From Camelus dromedarius (lineage: Eukaryota): 64,000 bases of DNA. The stretch is from positions 34,722,001-34,786,000 of the forward strand of contig NC_087447.1 in the NCBI RefSeq assembly GCF_036321535.1, in the 5' to 3' direction. Positions within the stretch are counted from its first letter, which is position 1; every line of letters begins with the position of its first letter. The position numbers and the translations under genes were made by a program. Shown piece by piece: positions 51,811 to 62,885 of the stretch. The notes under the pieces are model-generated. The model made no database searches, was not told the DNA's origin, and saw nothing but the letters and a program-made list of their open reading frames with translations.

Positions 51811-54800
51811 CGCGCGCGCGCGCGCGCCCGCGTGTGTGCTGGAAACTAATATAAGAAACGGATTGCAAAGTGTGGGATTTAGAGGTCTGAAGCCTTGGCT
51901 CTGCCACTTACTTGCTCTGTGCCTTGGGGTGAGCAGCTTAGCCAGCTAAGCTTCTATTTCCTCATCATTAAAGTGTGGATAATAATACCTATCTCATAAG
52001 TGGGCCTAAATTTGTATGGCACATCCGAAGGGCTCCATCAATGTCCCCTTTCTAATTCATATTAATTATTTGTGTCCTTTGAGAGCAGGGACACACCTTT
52101 CCCATCCTACACTCTTCGTTGAGCATAAAGTTATATAATACAGAATCTGCTGACTAATAACCCATGGAAGAAAAAGTTACTTGATTCTATACACGTTACA
52201 AAACCTGATCCTAGTAACGGACAACTGCTCATTCTTTGTAGATGTCGAGCGCCGCCGCATTTACGACATCGTCAACGTCCTGGAGAGTTTACACATGGTG
52301 AGCCGCCTCGCCAAAAACAGGTACACTTGGCACGGGCGACACAATCTCAACCAAACCCTCGGGACTCTGAAAAGCGTCGGGGAGGAGAACAAGTACGCGG
52401 AACAGATTATGATGATCAAAAAGAAAGAATACGAACAAGAGTTTGACTTCAGTAAGAGTTACAGTATAGAGGATCCGCTCATCAAAGCAAACCCCAGCCA
52501 GAACGGACACTCAGACATGTGTTTTGTCGAACTCCCTGGAGTGGAATTTCGGGCAGGTGAGAGCTGGTGTGGAAAAGCTCAGGGGGCAGGGCGCTTCTCC
52601 AAAGTCTAAAGGAAAGTTTCCTTAGGGAACGGCTCTCAAAGCTCCTGCTGCTTTTAATTTGAAGATGCTGCCTGTCACCCCTACAATCAGGTTGTGGTAT
52701 TTTTAGACGGTGACTTTAGAAATCACTTGTCCCTTCACGGATTTTAATTCTCTAATCCTCTTCCCTCTCCAAAGCCTCTGTAAACAGCCGCAAAGACAAG
52801 TCTTTAAGAGTGATGAGCCAGAAATTTGTGATGCTGTTTTTGGTTTCCACGCCTCAGATAGTAAGCCTCGAAGTCGCTGCCAAAATTTTAATTGGGGAGG
52901 ACCACGTGGAAGACTTGGATAAAAGCAAATTTAAAAGTAAGTGGCATGAGGGGGTCAGGTATAGCTCAGTGGTAGAGCACATGCTTAGCATGCACAAGGT
53001 CCGGGATTCAATCCCCAGTACCTCCATTTAAAAGAAAAAAATGTGACATGACCACCGTGGACTTGGGACCTACTCTTAAACAATAAAATCTTCATTATTA
53101 ACTGATTTCCAAATACATTTGTGATATAAGCAGATCATCTCTAGTTGTGCTTGTAAGTCTTCCCTTCTCCCCAGAAGCCACGATGACACTGCTTTAGCTA
53201 ACTTGCAGGATCCAAAGATACATATGTAAGTACTCTTACCTGACACTTTGGCTTATATAGTTCCTTCAATGTTACCTCATTTGATACTGTAACATTGTCC
53301 CCACTGACACAGGTAGAACCTATACTATCTAAAGTCTAAATGAGCAGTAAACTGTAAAGACTGGAACCCAGGTCTCTGGTCTTTCCACTGACTCATATTC
53401 GAGGGTGTAAATAACTTCTTGCCATTTTGAAAGACTGGTTTTAGCCAGAATATCTGCTCTAGGTTGGAAAGAGACCATAGACTGGGCTCTTAACACAACT
53501 CTGCCCTTGCCTATAGAACAGAATTTGCAGGAACCCCCACAAAGAGGAGCAGAGAGGAGGTGTGGAAAGGAGTGCTCAGTAGATGGGGAGGGGCCTGCTG
53601 CACACCCATCTCTCGTGGGGACATTCGCAGAGCTCCACGGAGGTCATGAGGCTGGCCGGGCCATGGGTCACTTGGGGGACCCAGCTGAGTGGTGAGGAAG
53701 AGCTGCCCCAAGCCAAAGCAGAGGCTGGAGGATGCCTGGGAGTTGTCATAGACCTTTTCCATCCCTGTGAGGCTGTACTGGTCCCATGAAAGTATATTCA
53801 AACATCCCCAGGTTGATAATGTCTCTGTAAGGACAAAACGAAGTAGAGATTAAGGCAATAATGCTGGCAGTTGGCTTGGGAGATCTGTCATTTCAAAAAA
53901 CACATCCCGATAGTGCTTTCTCTGAGTCACCAGACAGCTTTCAGCTCTCCAGTTCACTGGTTAGTCAGAGCCTTGGAAACTATTCCAGGACCTGCAGATG
54001 CATAATTTGCTGAATCCCCAGGGAATTCAGAACCTTCTGGCATGGCTATGAAGGAGGGGCTCAATTTGTAATTTTGTACTATCAAGCTGAAGTAAAGGCA
54101 GACTTTGTGCAACAAAATTTTTCAAGATATGTAAGATTTGTAGAATTAACAAATCTATGCTTTGCATACTACACGTGGACAGTATAAACATCTGTAAATT
54201 TTAATGGGCTATAGAATTTTCCATGCTTATGATATAAAGTCAATTTTATTTTTATAAACTATCACAAGCAGGAAAGCAATACATTTATCATTGATGCTGT
54301 ATTTCTATTTGTTCATAAAATTCTTCTGAATCCTCATTAGAGGATGCCCAGCAATGGTGAGTTTTTATTGGAAAATCTGTAACATGTTTCCCAATAGGTG
54401 ATCTCATTGAGTCATTTTTTTCCTTTTCCAACGTGTGCTTTTGTCATTTCAAAATTCATCAGCAGTGAGTCTTTTCAATATTTAAAACTATTTTTTTTTA
54501 ATCAAAGCAGTATCACTAGAATAACTCAAGAAGAGTCACATATTTCTCTAACATTGATGGTTAGGATAGCTCTTTGAACATACATGAAGTCCTTATGAAG
54601 CAAAGTCCTTTGATCTTTCATTTTTCCATTAAGTGATGGATATACTTTTTTTTCCCCCAGCAAAAATTAGGAGGTTGTATGATATAGCTAATGTTCTGAG
54701 TAGCCTGGATCTTATCAAGAAAGTTCATGTTACAGAGGAAAGAGGCCGAAAACCAGCTTTTAAATGGACAGGCCCAGAAATCAGTCCAAATACCAGTGGT

Positions 54801-57800
54801 ACGTATTTGTTTTCTTTCATTCATTGCTTCGTCATTTTGAATTAATGCACATTTAGAGATATTCTCTCTTTCCCTCCTACTCACACTCACACATAGAAAG
54901 AACATATATAAGTGATTGAAAAGACAGTTAAAGATGAGTGCCAATATGGAAAGCTTGGCCCCCGGCTCCATCAGCAACCCAAGGTCCATCACCATCTCAC
55001 ACCCTGTGCAGGAGGAAGAATCTGTATGTGAAAGGATTTAAGAAAGTTGAAAGCATCACAAAACATAAGAGATGACTGCTGTCATCATTATGCTGCTCAG
55101 TGACCATAACAGAGTCTGTGCATGTGCGGAATATGAAATGAATTCATCCCAGTACCAGTATTTTAGCCTCCATCTCAACTCTGGGATTCTGGCATTTGGC
55201 ATTCCACCAAGATCCCCACACAGAAGTGCTGGAAAGAGCAAGAACATGGGCCATGGAGGCAGAGGAAAACTTAAGTTCCAGTCCCAGCCCTGTCACTTAT
55301 CCCAGCTGTGTGACCTTGGGCCGGTCACATCTCACCTGCAAGTGGAAAAAACAATGGCACCTTTGCAAGGTTATCAAGACTTTGGATATAACCTCAAAGA
55401 GAGGTCCTTTGGTGCAGGGATTCAGGGCACAGGCTCTGGGCCAGACTGGTCAAGTTCATATTGCAGACCTATATTCTACAGGCTGAGAGACCATGAGTCA
55501 GTTGGTTAATGCCTGAAGGGGGTTGCATTTCCTAAGAAGTACCTACCTCAGTTGTTGAGAGTGTCTTAGTCCATCCAGGCTGCCATAGCAGAGTTCCATA
55601 GACTAGGTGGCTTATAAACAAGAGAAATTTACTTCTCACAGTTCTGCAGGCTTGGAAGTCCAAGATCAAGGCGACAGCAGATTTAGTGTCTGGTGAGGAC
55701 CTGCCTTCTAGACAGCCATCTTTTCATTGTAACCTCACATGGTGGAAGGGGACTAGCAAGCTCTGTGGGGGTCTCTTTTATAAGAGCACTAATCCTATTC
55801 AAGAGGGCTCTGCCCTCATGACCTAAGCACTTTCCAAAGGCCCTACCTCCTAATACCATCACACTGGGTGTTAGGTTTCAACCCAGGAACTTGAGGTAAG
55901 GATACAAGTAATTCAGTCCAGAGCAGTGAGGGTCACCATATTTCATCAGATTAAGATACCACCCTTTACAAGATGCATCACTTTTTATACATCAAGAAGA
56001 AAGAAAAACCACTAACAATCACGCCGTCGCACGCCACTGGTTAAGGTACCAAATCACTTTACTGTACACCTGAAACTAACACAACATTGTAAATCAACTA
56101 GACATCAATTAAAAAAAAAGATACCATGGGTTTCAGAGATGTTAAGGTGTGAACTGTTATTTCAGAATTTACTTCATAAAATAAATAAGCTTTTGTAGGT
56201 AAAGCCCTTTAAATATAAAGTCTGGCACATAGTAGGTGCTCTCTAACTGCTGCCACTTCAATTCCTCAAATCGTTTTAGAACCTCACTTGACTTCACACC
56301 CCAGAAGGAAGCTGAATCACCAAGTGCTAACACACCGCCCTTTTCTGTTTCAGGGCTCAGCCCAGTCCTCCCTGTGGCTCCCTCTGATCTGGAAGTGAGG
56401 CGATCTTCAAAAGAGAACTGTGCCAAAAACCTCTTTTCCACCCGTGGGAAACCAAACTTCACTCGACACCCATCTCTCATTAAACTGGTAAAGAGCATAG
56501 AAAGTGATCGGAGAAAGATAAATTCTGCTCCCAGTAGCCCTATTAAAACCAACAAAGGTATGTTTTCAATTGTGTCAGGGCTCTGCCTGGAAGAATTCCT
56601 TTTTATCTGATTTTTTTAGCTTATTTGATTCCTACCAGACTTGCTAGAGAATTGTTTCAATATGCGTATACCCAAACCTGCTTGAAGCCTAACTTAAATA
56701 TGAATTAAAGGATGAAAAGTGATTTGTGGGGCTTATCATTTAATTGCTGTGTGATTTTGGGGGGTGGTGCATGTTTCCTGTTCCTTTGACTTCAGTGGTG
56801 TTTCATCTGTGGGAACGTGTATTCTTTTGCTTTGACCGACCCCCTCCCCCACCTTCTTTTTATTTCATCAGCTGAGGCTTCTCAGAATTCGGCACCCTTC
56901 CCAAGTAAAATGGCTCAGCTCGCAGCTATTTGCAAAATGCAGCTAGAAGAGCAATCAAGGTAGGTTGGCAACGCTCTTTAGTAACAGGATGCATCACTTG
57001 ACATTGCATCATTAGGATTACTTATTTTATGTAAGAATAACACCAGCCTTGGAAACTGGTGAGCTAATCTCTCACTCATACAGAATCATTACAGAAACTA
57101 TCTGCTAATGTCATAAAAGCAAGGCTTCAATCTAGGGCGATCTAAAGTGGTAGAACATTTTAGAGAAAATGTGTTTCTACTGTGTCATGTTTTCAATCCT
57201 GTCTTTTAGTGAACCCAGGAAAAAAGTGAAATTACAGCTGGCAAGATCTGGGCACTGCAAACCACTGGCCCCTCTGGACACGCCAGCAAATACTGAGCTG
57301 GAGATGACAGCACCGTCCCTCATCCAGCCCCTGGGGGTTGTCCCCCTCATCCCCAGCCCATTGTCATCGGCGGTACCCATGATCCTACCTCAGGCCCCTT
57401 CGGGCCCATCGTATGCCATCTACTTGCAGCCTGCCCAAGCCCAAACCATGACACCGCCCCAAGGTCTGAGCCCGACGGTCTCCTCCACCCCCTCCTCTAA
57501 AGCCATGAGATCAAAAGACTCCACAGAAGCCATGACCGAGAATACAGCCAGTGATGCCGCAAAGCCCAGTGCCCCGACCAGGCCTGGAAGCTTGCTGCCA
57601 GGGCCGGAGAGACAAGGTACAAAGAACAAAGACAGGGAGCCTGCTGGGGAAAGAGGCGCCAAGAGGGCAAGCTTGCTCGAGGACAGCAGTTCCAAAAAGA
57701 AATTTAAAGAAGACCAAAAAGGACTTGAAAATGTCTCCGCAGTAAGTACAGCCTTGAACAGTGCAAAGCTTTAGGAACTCCCCCATTGATTAGAGGATCT

Positions 57801-60800
57801 GGTGGTTTGTGAAATTTACCAGAGCAAAGAGCAGGGAAGGGAAGACAGGGAACTGTTCCTTTGCATCCTGTAATCCAAACAAGGCTTCCAACAGCTAATC
57901 CCCTGACTGGGATGACGGCAGGGACATTTTTAACCTGGGGAGGAAGGGATTATTTGCTCTCTTTTTAAAGCACCCCAGGTGGTTGTCCTTAAATCCATTT
58001 GTCTGTCACATACCGGAATGCAAACACCTGTCCTGAAAATCTTATTTACAAGCAGACATGACCCCAAATGAATGAGTGGGTGCATAGGGTTCCTTTAAGT
58101 CCTGCTTTCTGAGTCATTCCTTGAGGTCTGTTTGATGTCATGTAACTGACATCTGTTGTCTAGAAGAGAAATTGTGCCCCCTGTTTTTCCTTTCTCCCTA
58201 AAATTTAAACCAAAATTTCTATTTTGTGTAAATAGAAAATCAAATTTATCTTGGCAAATTGTAGATATGTTGGATGCATTAGTTTCTAGGGACTTTGATG
58301 TTCTGGATAATATTTTTCCTAGATGGAGTTTAATTCAGGAAGGAATTAACACTTATCAGATGCCTGCCCACATATCAGACATCAGAAGTATTAGGGACTT
58401 TTACATGCATTGTCTCGTTTTCCTCCCTTAGGACAATTATATACGAAATTTGTCATCACTGAATAAACAAACACCACTAAACATGGAAGCAAAAGTTAAT
58501 CTCTCATTTTGTCCCTGCTGTTCACTCAGATAACTGCTCTACATCTTGTTTTCCCATATCTATAAAAAATTTGTTCTGCCAGTTTTTCCTGATCATCTCC
58601 TGGGTGTAAAGCACTGTGCCCTGGATCACATCAGACCCAGCACCTGCCTTTGGAGACAGTTGCTTTTGAGCGCTTGCCCCAGGGCCATATTACAGTTTTG
58701 GTGAGGTTAAGTGAATTTATTACATGATGTGATACATAAAGGGGCTTGTGATCCTTTTAAGGCACCATCTAAGCTGAAGGGTATTACCTGTAACTGTTGA
58801 CATTAAGGAGGCTGTAGAGTTTGTCAAGTCTTCCCTGAGGATGGCCTCATGGTAACCATTCAAAACATCCATTATCTTGGCATAGTATCTTGTTGCATTT
58901 AATATACATGCTGTGGGGGAAAATCACAAGGCTTCAGCTTGATTCGATTTTCTGGGAGGTCCATAATCTCTCCAGGCCAGTGGGTATGATTTAGTAATGG
59001 TCCCCTGTTGCTCACTTAGTTATTCAGGATTAGGGTTTTCACTGGATAGATTCTTCATGTCCCCTGCTTTTTTCATCTCTGACTTCATCCTGACCATTTC
59101 TTTTTAGTTCGAACTGAGCAACACAAAGAAAGTGAGAGATTCCTGTGTTAATTCATTCGACAAACATTGACTGAGAATCTACAGTTCTGGGGGCGGAGAG
59201 AAGACAGTATACAAACAAACACACATATATCGGGTGGTGAATGATAAGAAATATGGTGAAAATAAAACGGGATGATGTAAGAGGAAGGGAGTAAGAATGC
59301 TAATGAAGGCTAGATAAGAAGACATACAAGTGGAAATATGTCAAATTCCCTCATCCTGCTACTTTAATAGTTCTAATTTTTTTTTAAAAAGGAATTGGCA
59401 TTATAGGTGAAAAAATTTTGTGATGAATGTAGTTTATAGGAAATTGAAAAAGAATTATTATTGGAGTATTACAGGTTTTGCTGAAGATTTGAAGTCAAAG
59501 CAGCAACCAGAAAACCTTGTACTATGAGAGGACGATCAAAAATAGCAAAGAGCAGCTATTTGTAAAGCACCTAGATCGATCACTTAAAGTTTCTCTATCC
59601 CTGCAGCCTTCCAGGAACCTACTAGTAAAGATATTGAATAGAATTAAGCATCTAAGAAACCAAAGTGAGAGTTGGTAGTACACTGTTAGCATCGTGGATT
59701 CTGAATTCACCGGTTTCCAAGGAAAAAGACCAGACCTGTTAACAGCTAAATCAAAGGGCAGACTGATGTTTTGACAGTGGTGAGGAGGAGGAAGATAAAA
59801 GGAGGGCCCCTAGTTTACAAGAGCTGCTCTTTGCTTTTGCCAGTCCTGCTCATGGTAAGGCTGAGCAGACTTTTCAGGCGGCTTAGCCTCCCAGGTAGGC
59901 TCTCTCTGTTTAGAGAAGTACCAGGATCAGCAGGCCCGGTGAGGGCACACACAACCCAACACTCTGGCCATTTCCGTTTGGAATACAACCTTATGGCCCC
60001 AAGCTTTTGCTGCATGACAGCTCGGTGTCTAATATGAATTAATCAGTTCTCTTTGTTATCTGTAGCTTTTGCACTCTGGTGCCCTGCCCTTTAATTTGTA
60101 TCTCATAAGGCTGTTTGCTTGGTATCATTAAAACCTAAAGTAGTAGGGGAAAAAAATGTATAGTTGTATAATTCCTTTGTTCTAAATCAGCAGTCAGTCA
60201 ACTTTTTCTGTAAAGGACCAGATAGTAAATGTTTTTGGCTTTGTGGGCCACGTGGTCTCTGCTGTACCTATTCAAGTCTGCCACTGTTTTAAAAAAAAAA
60301 AAAAAAGTGTCTAGAGACAATACATACATGAATGGGCCTGGCTATGTTCTAATACAATTTTATTTACAAAAACAGCCAGGAAGCTGTATTTTGGCCCATG
60401 GTTTGGCAATCCCTTTCTCTAAATCAACAGTTCCTAAAATGTTTTCCTTGAATATTAATACTACCAAAAGTTCAGCTGTTGGTTAGCCTGGGACACGTTA
60501 CATGACAGATGCCCTCTTGGAGATTTACAGCACCTGTCATTATTAAAGCCCCTTAGAAATTCAATTCTGTAATAAGGACACCATTTTCCTTTGTTTAATT
60601 TGGCACTTCCCAAGCATCTTTGACTACAATTCAAGTAGTGGCTGCTTGCATCCTGTAGAACTAGCGTCCCTCTGAATATTCTTCAGGAAATACCACCCTA
60701 CGTAATTCAAGGACAATCAGATAATAACACAGCAGTGCCGTCATGGGGTCCAGCTGCATTCAGCTTGTTCTGACAGTTAGTGCCACATCTAAGAAACACG

Positions 60801-62303
60801 TGGTTTGTATTATTCAAGACAAGTATTAGTGTGGCAGGGAGGGATATTGTCTTCAAGGAGCCATAAAGCTGGCCTGCCTGTGGCCCACACCATTGGAGGC
60901 TTTGGTCTGATGAGACAAAACCACCACCAAGGGATATGAGTCCTGGAAGAGGCACGTGGTCATTTTTCTTCCTGTATTTGTGTGTAAAATAAACCCTTCC
61001 TCCTTGTTTTCTAGACTTTGTTCCCATCAGGATACCTAATCCCTCTCACCCAGTGCTCAGCCCTGGGGGCAGAGTCCATTTTGTCTAGTAAAGAAAACTC
61101 AGGTACACTTTCCCCAAACCACAGGATCTACAGCTCCCCAATCGCAGGTGAGTGTACATAAAACACTGTCCAAACGTGGGTCATCCTCAAGTTCACTTAA
61201 GCCTTATGTGCTCCTCGGACAAATGCCTGTGCTTTTAAGATATTTCCCCCCTTTTTCTCTCCAGGTGTTATTCCAGTGACATCATCTGAACTCACTGCTG
61301 TTAATTTTCCCTCTTTTCATGTAACACCTTTGAAGCTAATGGTCTCACCAACTTCCGTGGCAGCCGTACCTGTCGGGAACAGCCCGGCTCTCACTTCGAG
61401 CCACGCCGTTCCCGTCCAGCACCCAAGCTCAGCCATTGTAAACTTCACCCTGCAGCACCTGGGCCTCATCTCCCCCAGTGTGCAGGTGTCTGCCAGCCCT
61501 GGGCCTGGAACCATCCCCGTATCTCCAAGAATAGAGGCCGTTAGCATCACCCCAGAAAATGCAGGCACCCAGCAAGGAAGAGTCCCAAGGTATGACTTGT
61601 CAGCCCCGAGCCAGAACCAAACAAATGGACAATCAGCTGCAATGACTGGAGCACAGCAGGTGAGACTATTTCCATTAATTTATTTTTTTCCTTGGTTAGT
61701 AAGTCCCAAATATCAGTATCATGGGAAACTCAACGTTTGCTTTTCTTTTTTTTTTTAACACCTTTATTGTGGTATGGTTCCTATACAGTAAACTATACAT
61801 ATTTCGGATGTACAGTTAACTTTTGCTTTTCCTTGGGAAAGGGAAAGGATGGGCAAGTGAGGAGATTAAATGCCTGCCTGCCTGCCTTCCAAACCCAGGA
61901 AGAGTGCCCATGGAGTCCGTATTATCGGGCTATTGTGAGCTTTTTGTCTCACCTTAACAAAAACAATTGAAAATGTAAAACTCACCCAGGCTCCCCTGGC
62001 AGATTTCAAGGCATGCTAGGTTCCCGCCGTGTGACATGTCCTTCCCATCCAGTCGTCTCAGGCTGCCCGGGCGTCCCTGTCTGCGTGGGTTTGACTTTTT
62101 CCCATTTCTCTCCTTCCAATCAGCCTGTTCCTGTGACACCCAAAGGATCCCAATTAGTGGCCGAGAGTTTCTTCCGTACCCCAGGTGGACCCACAAAGCC
62201 AGCGGGCTCATCCTGCGTAGATTTCGATGGTGCTAGTAAAACCTCCGTAGGGACTCTCTTTGTCCCACAGCGAAAACTGGAAGTCTCAACAGATGTCCAT
62301 TAA
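47979..62303 (+). CDS. E2F8: E2F transcription factor 8, complete spliced CDS: join(47979..47993,49733..50011,50358..50514,52242..52556,52775..52936,54661..54798,56354..56557,56872..56959,57210..57741,61015..61147,61265..61659,62124..62303); 865 aa
   Basis: Exon translations join in frame across GT-AG introns (2598 nt) from [21 protein letters not shown] to [15 protein letters not shown]. Two winged-helix DNA-binding domains (SRKEKSL...RRIYD and SRKDKSL...RRLYD) are diagnostic of E2F7/8, and the termini match E2F8. Confidence 0.98.
49733..50011 (+). CDS. E2F8: E2F8 coding exon 2 ([12 protein letters not shown]...EAKDCLH)
   Basis: ccag|GAG acceptor, CAC|gtatgt donor; 279 nt; matches ORF 49766..50092. 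Confidence 0.96.
50358..50514 (+). CDS. E2F8: E2F8 coding exon 3 ([28 protein letters not shown]...EVAEEL), N-half of DBD1
   Basis: tttgtag|GAA acceptor, CTT A|gtaagt donor; 157 nt; translated by hand (not in the ORF track). Confidence 0.96.
51275..51730 (-). mobile_element. L2 LINE fragment in an E2F8 intron
   Basis: cctactatatgtcaggc...cagcagtgaaca...gagaaggcgacatctgagcaaggacttgaa. Confidence 0.75.
51757..51826. repeat. Compound microsatellite (TG)23(CG)12
   Basis: Read directly. Confidence 0.97.
52242..52556 (+). CDS. E2F8: E2F8 coding exon 4 ([16 protein letters not shown]...VEFRA), C-half of DBD1
   Basis: tttgtag|AT acceptor, GCA G|gtgaga donor; RRIYD motif; 315 nt. Confidence 0.97.
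52775..52936 (+). CDS. E2F8: E2F8 coding exon 5 ([22 protein letters not shown]...DKSKFK), N-half of DBD2
   Basis: ctccaaag|CC acceptor, AAA A|gtaagt donor; 162 nt. Confidence 0.96.
52950..53041 (+). mobile_element. tRNA-Ala(AGC)-derived SINE (Vic-1-like, camelid)
   Basis: gtatagctcagtggtagagcacatgcttAGCatgcacaaggtccgggattcaatccccagtacctcca plus A-rich tail; degenerate TSD aagtggcatga / atgtgacatga. Confidence 0.85.
54661..54798 (+). CDS. E2F8: E2F8 coding exon 6 ([20 protein letters not shown]...PNTS), C-half of DBD2
   Basis: tttcccccag|CA acceptor, AGT G|gtacgt donor; RRLYD motif; 138 nt. Confidence 0.97.
55562..55925 (-). mobile_element. MaLR solo LTR (MLT1A/MST-like), antisense, intronic
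   Basis: tgtcttagtcc...ggtggcttataaaca...cttctcacagttctg...aagtccaagatcaagg...attcagtcca. Confidence 0.85.
56354..56557 (+). CDS. E2F8: E2F8 coding exon 7 (LSPVLP...SSKENCAK...PIKTNK)
   Basis: tgtttcag|GG acceptor, AAA G|gtatgt donor; 204 nt. Confidence 0.95.
56872..56959 (+). CDS. E2F8: E2F8 coding exon 8 ([28 protein letters not shown])
   Basis: ttcatcag|CT acceptor, TCA AG|gtaggt donor; 88 nt. Confidence 0.95.
57210..57741 (+). CDS. E2F8: E2F8 coding exon 9 ([14 protein letters not shown]...GLENVSA)
   Basis: cttttag|T acceptor, GCA|gtaagt donor; 532 nt; inside ORF 57169..57774. Confidence 0.96.
60188..60418 (+). mobile_element. MER58A-like hAT-Charlie element, intronic
   Basis: caactttttctgtaaaggaccagatagtaaatgtttt...ttttatttacaaaaacag. 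Confidence 0.8.
61015..61147 (+). CDS. E2F8: E2F8 coding exon 10 ([11 protein letters not shown]...SKENSG...YSSPIA)
   Basis: ttttctag|ACT acceptor, GCA G|gtgagt donor; 133 nt. Confidence 0.95.
61265..61659 (+). CDS. E2F8: E2F8 coding exon 11 ([28 protein letters not shown]...TGAQQ)
   Basis: tctccag|GT acceptor, CAG|gtgaga donor; 395 nt. Confidence 0.96.
62124..62303 (+). CDS. E2F8: E2F8 last coding exon ([11 protein letters not shown]...[11 protein letters not shown])
   Basis: ccaatcag|CCT acceptor; TAA at 62301-62303. Confidence 0.96.
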   Translation, partial: PVPVTPKGSQLVAESFFRTPGGPTKPAGSSCVDFDGASKTSVGTLFVPQRKLEVSTDVH

Positions 62304-62885
62304 TTGCCAGATTTGGCTTCACTTAATTTTCTAAAGAGTTGTATAATAGAGAAGATGTACTCAGACTGATTTGGAGAGCACATTCTCTAAAAAATACTGT
62401 AAATACGTTGGGGATTTGCTTAGTTTCAAAACAGACACTTGTTTTCCTACTTATATATATACACACAGAGAGAAAATATATATTTGTATTAAGCGAAGTT
62501 CAGCTGTCAGTCCTACAAAATAAAAGTAAAATGTTGAACTATGGTGTATTAACTTCTAAGGGAAAAGGATTCGTTTTTTTCAGGTGTGCCTATACTATTA
62601 TGCAGAGTAACTGTGTTAAAGTTTACTTCCCTTTGAGTGAATATGTGACAGGTCTAACACAGCATCCTCTTCAACTTTGCACAAGGAAAACGCTGTGATG
62701 TATAATGTATTTTTAAATAAGAGGGCTGTAGCTATATTTTTTTGTAATTTCTTTCATCTGTTGTCATTGCAGTATGTCTTTTTGTAACGTTCACAACAAT
62801 GCTCAATCAAGTCTATGGAAAAATTATTTATAAAATGTATTTTCAATCATAAGTTGTTCAAATTAAAACTCTTCTCAAATGTATT
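62304..62885 (+). other. E2F8: E2F8 3' UTR (AU-rich); candidate poly(A) signals AATAAA 62519-62524 and ATTAAA 62862-62867
   Basis: AT-rich, repeat-free sequence after the stop. The distal ATTAAA has TGTA elements upstream and a T-rich tract downstream. The 3' end is approximate. Confidence 0.7.

Noticed and set aside
52953..53026. Functional tRNA-Ala(AGC) gene
   Set aside because: Acceptor stem mispaired at its first two positions and B-box altered (ATTCAA instead of GTTCRA); A-rich tail and TSD indicate a SINE or retrocopy
57177..57786. Antisense and alternative-frame ORFs over the large E2F8 exons (also 49696-50156, 56169-56555, 61317-61568)
   Set aside because: Shadow ORFs of real coding exons
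62124..62303. E2F8 loss-of-function or pseudogenisation (865 aa vs ~867 aa recalled for human)
   Set aside because: The differences are in-frame single-codon indels in low-complexity regions; frame, splice sites and both DBDs are intact
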